Shown: piece by piece, positions 19,440 through 27,909 of the stretch
Numbering within the stretch: the stretch's first letter is position 1
Layout of the letters: each line of letters begins with the position of its first letter
Assembly (NCBI GenBank): GCA_046483025.1
Contig: JAWODZ010000105.1
Location: 7,206 to 71,205, forward strand
Direction of reading: 5' to 3'
Length of the DNA stretch: 64,000 nt
Origin: a bacterium
GTDB lineage: Bacteria; Zhuqueibacterota; QNDG01; CAYUAG01
Position numbers and translations under genes: made by a program
The notes under the pieces: generated by a model
The model's database searches: none
Seen by the model: only the letters and a program-made list of their open reading frames with translations
Told to the model about the DNA's origin: nothing

Positions 19440-19665
19440 TAGAACTTGAGAACTTTAGAACTTGAGAATGTAAGAAGGCAAGCGTGCTGAAGTCAGTAGT
19501 CAGTGATGTAAACTAAGATTGTTGAGGTGAGTGAAATGAAGAAACTGGGAAACGGAGTATAGGAGAATGACACAGGATGGTTATGTGTGATGCAGTCAGT
19601 GGTCTTTTGATGTGAGATAGTGAACAGAAGTCAGGAATCAGAAGATATAAGATAAAGGGGAGTGG

Positions 19666-20940
19666 ATGTTATTAATTGAAAAAATCGTTATAAAAGGGGG
19701 AAAGTCACTAAAAGGGACGGTAAAAAATAGCGGAGCAAAAAATGCAGTTTTACCAGTCATGGCATCGTCTCTGCTTGCGGATGGAGAATATAAGATCACC
19801 AATGTCCCTGAACTCAGAGATGTACGGACCATGTCATTTCTCCTTAATAGCATAGGAAGTAAAGTAGAATTAAATAATAATTCTTTACATATAAAAACAG
19901 ATGGATATAATAACCTGGAAGCTCCTTACGATCTGGTAAAAACCATGCGGGCTTCTATTTATGTTCTTGGTCCCATGATTTCCAGATTTGGTTATGCCAA
20001 GGTTTCTTTGCCCGGCGGATGTGCCTGGGGCCCCAGACCGGTTGATCTTCATATTAAAGGATTAAAACAACTGGGTGCAGATATAAAGATTGATAAGGGA
20101 TATATAATTGCCAGGGCAAAGAGGCTTAAGGGTACGCAGATATCCTTTGAAATTCCTTCAGTTGGGGCTACCGGTAATATCCTTATGGCAGCTGTATTAG
20201 CCCGGGGAACCACAATTATTGAGAATGCAGCTGAAGAGCCTGAGATAACTTCTCTGATAAAGGGTCTGAAAAAGATGGGGGCCAGGATAAAAGGACAAGG
20301 CACTGATCATCTAAAAGTAGAAGGTGTGGATTCCCTTGAACCGGCTGATTTCAGGATAATACCGGATAGAATCGAAGCCGGGACTTTTTTAATTGCCGGT
20401 CATATAACTGGTGGTGATATAAAAATCATCAATACAGAGCCAAAACATCTAACAGCCATACTGAATAAATTACAGGAGTCGGGAGCAAATATCAGTGAAG
20501 GAAAAGACTGGGTACATATTCGATCCAACGGAAAAATTAAACCAGTTGATATCTCAACCGCAGTATATCCCGGATTTCCGACTGATATGCAGGCTCAATG
20601 GATGGCATTGATGAGCCTGGCAAAGGGCACTTCCGTCATAACCGAGAATATATTTAAAGACAGATTTACCCATGTGGCGGAATTAAAACGTTTGGGTGCG
20701 GATATCGAGGTTACCGGTAATGTGGCGGTGGTGAAACCGGTGAAGTATTTAAGCGGAGCACCGGTGATGTCTACTGATCTCAGAGCGAGTGCTTCACTTC
20801 TTTTATCCGGTCTGGTAGCTCGTGGAGTTACCGATGTCTCAAGAATTTATCATATTGACAGAGGATATGAAAATATCGAAAGAAAATTCAAAAACCTGGG
20901 TGCAGAGATATGGAGGGAGAGGGAGAAACATGTTACTTAG
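19666..20940 (+). CDS. murA: UDP-N-acetylglucosamine 1-carboxyvinyltransferase MurA
   Basis: Active-site Cys in LPGGCAWGPRPVDLHI, colinear with MurA. Confidence 0.9.
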   Translation: MLLIEKIVIKGGKSLKGTVKNSGAKNAVLPVMASSLLADGEYKITNVPELRDVRTMSFLLNSIGSKVELNNNSLHIKTDGYNNLEAPYDLVKTMRASIYVLGPMISRFGYAKVSLPGGCAWGPRPVDLHIKGLKQLGADIKIDKGYIIARAKRLKGTQISFEIPSVGATGNILMAAVLARGTTIIENAAEEPEITSLIKGLKKMGARIKGQGTDHLKVEGVDSLEPADFRIIPDRIEAGTFLIAGHITGGDIKIINTEPKHLTAILNKLQESGANISEGKDWVHIRSNGKIKPVDISTAVYPGFPTDMQAQWMALMSLAKGTSVITENIFKDRFTHVAELKRLGADIEVTGNVAVVKPVKYLSGAPVMSTDLRASASLLLSGLVARGVTDVSRIYHIDRGYENIERKFKNLGAEIWREREKHVT

Positions 20941-21019
20941 ATTAAAGGAAAAAGGGTGTTCGGGTGTCGTCCTGAAAAAAGTTTACAGTTTTTTAGTCTA
21001 ACCATTCTAAAATGTCTTT

Positions 21020-21248
21020 CTGAACGACCGAAGGGAGTGAAGATGTTATCCTGAGCGAGCAAAGCGAGCGAAGAATCTCACGCCACAAACTGAAATTGTA
21101 TGATAATTTTTTTGCTGATAAAGTACGATTCTTTGAAAAATTATTTTTTTTCCAGCAAAACTTGTTACTCTATTGTACTGTGATTGGTATGAGATTCTTT
21201 GCTCCCTGCGGTCGCGCAGGATAACTTCTTCGTCACTTCGTTCCTCAG
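21020..21248. mobile_element. MITE-like element: ~60-bp imperfect terminal inverted repeats (21020-21080 / 21190-21248) around an AT-rich ~110-bp core with a nested ttttgctg/cagcaaaa stem
   Basis: Arm A ctgaacgaccgaagggagtgaagatgttatcctgagcgagcaaagcgagcgaagaatctca vs revcomp of arm B (gtcattctgaggaacgaagtgacgaagaagttatcctgcgcgaccgcagggagcaaagaatctca). A sub-motif (gaggaacgNagtgacgaag) recurs at 31960-31978. Confidence 0.4.
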
Positions 21249-21403
21249 AATGACAGGATTGTTAACTATTATTTTGAGTTAAAAAATTGATGATGTAAAG
21301 GAGCTTTTAAAAAGTAAATAAAATCTGGAAACAAAAGTGAGAAAACTATTGTGTTATTTGTAAACCTATACCAGGACAAGACCAAGGAAAAAGTATAAAA
21401 CCT

Positions 21404-24400
21404 ATGACTGAGTTTGTACATTTACATAATCATACCAGCTTCAGCCTTTTAGACGGAGCCTGCAGAATCCCGGAAATGATAAAGAAAGCCAAAAAGGATA
21501 AAATGAAGGCTTTTTCTATTACTGACCATGGTAATATGTTTGGGGCTGTATCGTTTTACAATCTTATGAAGGATTCTGGGTTAAAACCAATAATTGGGTT
21601 GGAAGCTTATATAGCTCCTCAATCGAGATTGGACAGATCCAGCAGAGGGTTAAATGATGTTACTTCCTATCATCTTATACTCCTGGCAAAAAATAACAAG
21701 GGGTATAAAAATTTATTGAAATTAACCTCTATTGGATATCTGGAAGGTTTTTACTATAAACCAAGGATAGACAAACAAGTGCTTGAAAAGTATTCTGAGG
21801 GATTAATTGTGATGTCTTCCTGTATTAAAGGTGAGATTCCTTATAAAATAATCAAGGGTGATTATAACGGTGCTTTAAAAGCAGCCGGATATTATAAAGA
21901 TCTATTTGGAGAAGATTTTTATCTTGAGCTACAAAACCATGGCCTCAATGAAGAGCAAATAGCAATCAAGGGTCTGTTAACTCTTTCTAAAGAATTGGAT
22001 ATTCCCATAGTAGCAACAAATGATACCCACTATCTACAGAAGGAAGATGCTGAGGCTCATGATGTTCTTTTATGTATTCAAACTAATCAAGACCGGGATG
22101 ATAAATCCAGGTTAAAGTTCAGCTCAGATCAATTGTATTTTAAGTCACCTGCAGAGATGGCAGAGGTATTTAGAGATTTACCTGAGGCTTTGAAAAATAC
22201 TTTGGAAGTTTCAGAAAAATGTAATGTCAACCTGGATGTTGATACCCCTTATATGCCAAAATTTACTATACCTGAACAGGAGGAAGCATCAAATCTTGAA
22301 GAATATCTTAAAAAGAAAAGCTGGGAAGGATTACAGGAAAGATATCCGGAGGTTACTCCTGAGTTAAAAGAGCGCTTGGAACATGAATTAACTATTATTA
22401 ATGATATGGGGTATGCTGGTTATTTTCTTATAGTTAAAGATTTTATTGATACAGCCAAAAAACATTTAATACCAGTTGGTCCGGGAAGAGGTTCAGCAGC
22501 CGGTAGTCTGGTGTCTTATACCTTGGGAATTACTGATGTAGATCCCATGAGATTCGGTTTACTTTTTGAACGATTCCTTAATCCTGAACGAGTGAACATG
22601 CCTGATATTGATATTGATTTTTGTTACGAAAAACGTGATCAGGTGATTGATTATGTAAAACAGAAGTATGGAAAAGATAATGTAACTCAGATTATCACTT
22701 TTGGAAGGATGAATGCTCGGGCAGTTATCAGAGATGTTGGCAGAGTGTTAAAAATTCCCTATGGTGAGGTAGATAGAATTGCAAAGCTCATACCCGTTAA
22801 TACTGATCTTAAAACTACTCTGGAAAATGTACCTGATTTTAAAAATATATATGATAAGGATGAAATTCACAGAGAGCTGATTGACATTTCATTAGTATTG
22901 GAAGGATTAGCAAGACATGCGTCCACTCATGCGGCAGGTGTGGTAATAGCACCAGATAAACTTATGGAATTTGTCCCTTTATATAAACCACCCAAAGGAG
23001 AAGTAACCACTCAGTATGCCATGAAATCTCTGGAAAAAGTCGGTCTCTTAAAAATGGATTTTTTGGGACTGAGGACACTGACAGTTATAGAACATACTTT
23101 GAAGGCAATTAATAACAAACAACATAATATTGATTTTTCCTCTATCTCATTTGATGATGAAGACACTTATAAAATTTTTTCCCGGGGGGAAACCATAGGT
23201 GTTTTTCAGTTTGAAAGCAGCGGAATGCGTGAGTATCTGAAAAAACTTCAGCCTGAGAGTATTGAAGATCTAATTGCCATGAATGCTCTTTATCGTCCCG
23301 GCCCCATGGAATGGATAGATGATTTTATTGCAAGAAGTAAAGGGAAAAAGAAAGTTGAGTATCTTCATCCTGATCTGGAAGAAATACTCGATGAAACCCA
23401 CGGTATAATTGTTTATCAGGAACAGGTAATGCAAATAGCCAGTAAACTGGCAAATTTCAATTTAGGGAAAGCTGATGTCCTCAGAAGAGCAATGGGTAAG
23501 AAGAGTAAAAAATTAATGAGAGAACAGGGAAATGCTTTTCTGGAAGGAGCTAAGCAAAATAATATAAAAGAGGAAAAAGCAAAGAGAATATTTGATCTCA
23601 TAAAAAAGTTCGCCGGGTATGGTTTCAATAAATCACATGCTACCTGCTATTCAGTAGTTGCCTACCAGACCGCTTATCTGAAAGCTCATTACCCCAGAGA
23701 ATTCATGGCTGCCAATCTTACCAGTGAGATGGGTAATTCGGATCGAGTGGTTGTACTGATTAATGAGTGTAAACGAATGGGTATTGAGGTTCTACCTCCT
23801 GATGTAAATGAAAGCATGGCTAACTTTATTGTCAGTGGTGAGAATATCAGATTTGGACTTGGAGCTGTGAAAAACGTGGGGTTAGCAGCTATAGAATCTA
23901 TAGTTGCAACCCGGGATAAAGAGGGAAAATTCAAAACAATATTTGATTTTTGTAGACGAGTAAATTTAAGACTAATTAATAAAAAAGTTCTCGAAAGCCT
24001 GATTCAGGTAGGAGCAATGGATTCAGTAGAAGGGAACAGAGCTCAGAAAATGGCAGTTGTGGGCAGAAGTTTGAGTATGGGGCAGGCTTTTCAGCAGGAA
24101 AATGCAGCATCACAGACAACAATTTTTGATAATGCAGATTTAAGCAGACAGGTTGCTATACAACTGCCCAGGGTAGAGGATTGGTCAGAATCAGTAAAAC
24201 TTACTAAGGAAAAAGAGCTGTTAGGAATATATATATCCGGGCATCCGCTTTTAAAGTATGAAGATGAGGTTAACACATTTGCCAATCCTGAAATTGCTAA
24301 ACTTTCAGAGATCAAGACAAACCGTAAAGTACGATTATGCGGGATCATTAATAATACAAGCCTGCGTTTTGATAGAAATAAAAATCAAATGGCATTTTTC

Positions 24401-24826
24401 ATGCTTGAGGATTTCACCGGTTCGGTTCGTATAATTGTTTTTTCAAAAGTATATGAGGAATATAAAAATATCATTCAGGACGAAAATATGGTTGTTGTAC
24501 TTGGCAATACTGATGTTAGCGGTGAAGGAGGAAGTGTTTCTATTTTGGCTGATGAAATTATTCCTGTTGAATATGCCAGAGAACGGTTTGCCAGACAGCT
24601 TTCTTTAGCCCTGACTCCCGGAAATATTGAGGAAGCAGAAGTCAAAGAAATTCTTAGTCTATTTGCCCGGTATCCCGGCAACTGTCCGGTATTTATAAAC
24701 ATCAAGTCAGATAACGGCAGTGATTTTCTGCTTAAATCAAAGCGATACAAAATTAATCCCACTCCTGAAGTTTTAGAAGGATTGAGAGGTGTTTTAGGAA
24801 AAGAGAATGTATGGCTGGAGGGGTGA
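21404..24826 (+). CDS. dnaE: DNA polymerase III alpha subunit DnaE
   Basis: PHP domain (HLHNHTSFSLLDG), polymerase core, OB fold, 1140 aa. Confidence 0.9.
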   Translation: MTEFVHLHNHTSFSLLDGACRIPEMIKKAKKDKMKAFSITDHGNMFGAVSFYNLMKDSGLKPIIGLEAYIAPQSRLDRSSRGLNDVTSYHLILLAKNNKGYKNLLKLTSIGYLEGFYYKPRIDKQVLEKYSEGLIVMSSCIKGEIPYKIIKGDYNGALKAAGYYKDLFGEDFYLELQNHGLNEEQIAIKGLLTLSKELDIPIVATNDTHYLQKEDAEAHDVLLCIQTNQDRDDKSRLKFSSDQLYFKSPAEMAEVFRDLPEALKNTLEVSEKCNVNLDVDTPYMPKFTIPEQEEASNLEEYLKKKSWEGLQERYPEVTPELKERLEHELTIINDMGYAGYFLIVKDFIDTAKKHLIPVGPGRGSAAGSLVSYTLGITDVDPMRFGLLFERFLNPERVNMPDIDIDFCYEKRDQVIDYVKQKYGKDNVTQIITFGRMNARAVIRDVGRVLKIPYGEVDRIAKLIPVNTDLKTTLENVPDFKNIYDKDEIHRELIDISLVLEGLARHASTHAAGVVIAPDKLMEFVPLYKPPKGEVTTQYAMKSLEKVGLLKMDFLGLRTLTVIEHTLKAINNKQHNIDFSSISFDDEDTYKIFSRGETIGVFQFESSGMREYLKKLQPESIEDLIAMNALYRPGPMEWIDDFIARSKGKKKVEYLHPDLEEILDETHGIIVYQEQVMQIASKLANFNLGKADVLRRAMGKKSKKLMREQGNAFLEGAKQNNIKEEKAKRIFDLIKKFAGYGFNKSHATCYSVVAYQTAYLKAHYPREFMAANLTSEMGNSDRVVVLINECKRMGIEVLPPDVNESMANFIVSGENIRFGLGAVKNVGLAAIESIVATRDKEGKFKTIFDFCRRVNLRLINKKVLESLIQVGAMDSVEGNRAQKMAVVGRSLSMGQAFQQENAASQTTIFDNADLSRQVAIQLPRVEDWSESVKLTKEKELLGIYISGHPLLKYEDEVNTFANPEIAKLSEIKTNRKVRLCGIINNTSLRFDRNKNQMAFFMLEDFTGSVRIIVFSKVYEEYKNIIQDENMVVVLGNTDVSGEGGSVSILADEIIPVEYARERFARQLSLALTPGNIEEAEVKEILSLFARYPGNCPVFINIKSDNGSDFLLKSKRYKINPTPEVLEGLRGVLGKENVWLEG

Positions 24827-24894
24827 TTCCTGTTTTATTGTCTTTATTTATAATTATTTTTAATATTTATTATTTTTATAGGTTTAACTTTGAA

Positions 24895-27789
24895 ATGAAT
24901 TACAATTTCAAATTGCTATTTAAAATCATGTTTATTTGTCTTGGTACTCTGTTAGATGCATACGGACAGGAAAAAAATATTACATTTGAGAATCTTGGTA
25001 TAAAAGATGGTCTGTCTCAGAGTTCGATATACTGTATTTTACAGGATTGTCGGGGATTTATATGGTTCGGGACTGAAGATGGATTAAATAAATATGACGG
25101 ATATACATTTTATATCTACAGAAATAATCCTCAGGATCCTTACAGTATCAGTTATAATTATATACGTGCTATCTGTGAAGATTGTGTGAATGATAAAAAT
25201 ATACTCTGGATTGGTACTTACGGGGGAGGGTTGAATAAATTTGATACTGAGATAGAAAAGTTTTTTAATTATAGAAATGATCCAAGAAATAATAATACAA
25301 TAAGTAATAATTTTATTAAAGCTCTTTGTAAGGATGAAGAGGGATTTATATGGATTGGTACAGAACAGGGGCTTAACAGATTTAACCCAAGAACTGAGAA
25401 ATTCATCACCTTTTATAATAAACCGGATAAACCTCAAAGTTTGAGTGATGATAATATCAATGTTGTGTATGCAGATTCATTTGGTATACTTTGGGTAGGA
25501 ACTCAAAGAGGGGGGTTGAACAAAATCAAATTTACCGGCAAAAATCAGGATTCTATTGATATTATACGTTATCAACATAATGAACAGGATAATTGGAGTA
25601 TCAGCAGTAACTGTGTAACATCTATCTATGAAGATTATTCAGGTAGACTGTGGATCGGAACAGATAATGGTGCTTTACATCGTTTTGATCGTGAGCAACA
25701 GAAATTTGAAAGATATACTTATCATAAAGAAGGGTCAGCAAATACTGGTAATGATGACATTACAGCTGTTAGAGAGTATGATCAGGGAATGTTGTGGGTC
25801 GGGACTAAAGGTGATGGTATGTATATATTTAATCCTCATTCAGAAAAATTTATTTCTTATCATAATATTTATAATCCCAGAAGTTTGAGCAATGATGAAA
25901 TTTACTCTATATATCAAGACAGATCAAATATCCTCTGGATTGGAACAGATGTTGGATTAAATAAATATAACCAGGAACAAAAACAGTTTTTATCTTATCA
26001 GTTAAATTCTCATAGTGCAAACAGTCTGAATAATAATATTGTTTATTCTATTATAGAGGATCAGGCAGGTATAATCTGGATAGGGACCTATGGAGGTGGA
26101 TTAAATAGATTTGATCCTGTAAAGAATCAATTTAGTTTTTTCAAACATGACCCTCAAGATTTTAAAAGTATCAGTAATAATCGAGTGAGAGCAGTGCATG
26201 AGGACAGGAGTGGAAGGTTATGGATAGGAACTTATGGCGGTGGATTGAACAGATTTGATCGTAAAAATAAAGATTTTTTTCATTATCAGCATAACAGTTC
26301 TGAACAGAAAAGTATAAGCAGTAATTTTGTGAGAACAGTATGTGAAGATCAATATGGATTTCTCTGGATCGGAACTGAGAAAGGATTGAATCGATTTAAT
26401 CTCAATCAAACGGAATTTACTGTATTTAGAAATCAGGCTCAGGATACATCATCACTGAGCAGTGATTTTATCTATTCACTTTATGAGGACAGTTATGGTA
26501 CTCTCTGGATTGGCACTTTAAAGGGATTGAACAAATTCAACCATGAATCAAAAAATTTTACCCGATATCTGACTGATCCGGATAATCCTTCCAGCTTAAG
26601 CAACAATGAAGTACTGTGTATGTACGAAGACAGTGCGAGGCGTTTCTGGATAGGCACTCCGAGTGGGCTTAATCTGTTGGATCGGGAGAAAGAAACATTC
26701 ACTTATTATCTTATAAAAGATGGTCTTCCCAATAATTTGATTTACAGTATTCTGGAAGATTCACTGGGACGCTTATGGCTGAGCACCAATAAAGGATTAT
26801 CCTGTTTCGATCCAGAAACTGAAACCTTTAGAAATTATGACGTTGAGGATGGGTTACAGAGCAATGAATTCAATATAGGGGCAAGCTGTAGAACCAGAAA
26901 TGGAGAAATGTATTTTGGAGGTATTAATGGATTCAACCGTTTTTTTCCTGATAAAATAAAAGATAATCCTTTTGTTCCTCCGGTTGTTTTTACAGATTTT
27001 CTGATTAATAATAAATCAGTTCCTATCGGAGAAGAGGTTAGGGGAAGGATCATTCTTGATAAATCGATTACTGAAACCAGTAACATTAAGCTTTTACATA
27101 AGGATAAAGTAATCTCATTTAAATTTGCAGCGCTTCATTATGCTGCTCCGGAAAAGAACTGTTATAAATATAAAATGGTTAATTTCGATGACAACTGGAA
27201 TGAAACAGGGACCCGGCGGTTTGTTACCTATACTAACCTTAAACCGGGGAAGTATATTTTCAGAGTCAAGGGTTCTAATGCTGATGGTGTCTGGAATCCT
27301 GAAGAAGCGAGTGTGAAAATACAAATAATTCCACCGTTTTGGCAAACAAAAATATTTCAGATATTAATTTTGATTTTTATCGGAATGACAGTATTTGTTA
27401 CATTCAGAATAAGGACTTATCAAATACGGAGGAAGAATATTCAGCTGGAGGAACAAGTCAAAAAAAGAACATGGGAACTAAAAAAAATAAATAAAGATTT
27501 AAAACAGGAAATCACGGAAAGAAAGAAAATACAGATTGAACGAGAAAAGCTTATACAGGAGCTCACCTCTGCACTTGATAATGTTAAAACCTTAAAAGGA
27601 ATGTTACCTATATGTGCCAGATGTAAAAAAGTTAAGGATGATCAGGGCTACTGGCAGCAGGTTGATGAATATGTCAGAGATCATTCTGAAACTGAATTCA
27701 GTCACGGTCTCTGTCCTGAGTGTATGAAAAAATTATATCCTGACTATGATGTTGATGATGATACAGATGATGAAGATGTTGAAAAATAA
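24895..27789 (+). CDS. Periplasmic beta-propeller (two-component regulator propeller repeats) + Y_Y_Y sensor with single TM helix and short cytoplasmic coiled-coil plus Cys-rich zinc-ribbon-like tail; no histidine kinase/receiver domains
   Basis: ~14 Reg_prop repeats (WIGT...GLN+F). Y_Y_Y (YKYKMVNFDDNWNETG...KPGKYIFRVKG). TM IFQILILIFIGMTVFVTFRI. Tail LPICARCKKVKDDQGYWQQVDEYVRDHSETEFSHGLCPECMKK. Start placed at MNYNF (signal peptide) rather than the upstream Met overlapping dnaE. Confidence 0.7.
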   Translation: MNYNFKLLFKIMFICLGTLLDAYGQEKNITFENLGIKDGLSQSSIYCILQDCRGFIWFGTEDGLNKYDGYTFYIYRNNPQDPYSISYNYIRAICEDCVNDKNILWIGTYGGGLNKFDTEIEKFFNYRNDPRNNNTISNNFIKALCKDEEGFIWIGTEQGLNRFNPRTEKFITFYNKPDKPQSLSDDNINVVYADSFGILWVGTQRGGLNKIKFTGKNQDSIDIIRYQHNEQDNWSISSNCVTSIYEDYSGRLWIGTDNGALHRFDREQQKFERYTYHKEGSANTGNDDITAVREYDQGMLWVGTKGDGMYIFNPHSEKFISYHNIYNPRSLSNDEIYSIYQDRSNILWIGTDVGLNKYNQEQKQFLSYQLNSHSANSLNNNIVYSIIEDQAGIIWIGTYGGGLNRFDPVKNQFSFFKHDPQDFKSISNNRVRAVHEDRSGRLWIGTYGGGLNRFDRKNKDFFHYQHNSSEQKSISSNFVRTVCEDQYGFLWIGTEKGLNRFNLNQTEFTVFRNQAQDTSSLSSDFIYSLYEDSYGTLWIGTLKGLNKFNHESKNFTRYLTDPDNPSSLSNNEVLCMYEDSARRFWIGTPSGLNLLDREKETFTYYLIKDGLPNNLIYSILEDSLGRLWLSTNKGLSCFDPETETFRNYDVEDGLQSNEFNIGASCRTRNGEMYFGGINGFNRFFPDKIKDNPFVPPVVFTDFLINNKSVPIGEEVRGRIILDKSITETSNIKLLHKDKVISFKFAALHYAAPEKNCYKYKMVNFDDNWNETGTRRFVTYTNLKPGKYIFRVKGSNADGVWNPEEASVKIQIIPPFWQTKIFQILILIFIGMTVFVTFRIRTYQIRRKNIQLEEQVKKRTWELKKINKDLKQEITERKKIQIEREKLIQELTSALDNVKTLKGMLPICARCKKVKDDQGYWQQVDEYVRDHSETEFSHGLCPECMKKLYPDYDVDDDTDDEDVEK

Positions 27790-27909
27790 ATTTGTAGATA
27801 GATTTCTTTTAGAACTTATTTCCTGCAAAATACAATAAACCCCTTTGACATTTAAAGAAAATTTGTATAAATTATTTATCTAATATTTTTCAATTCGCAG
27901 GAGACATAA

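Noticed and set aside
19437-19470. CRISPR array
   Set aside because: Only two tandem copies of a 16-bp repeat with no spacers; no other repeat-spacer arrays or cas genes in the window.
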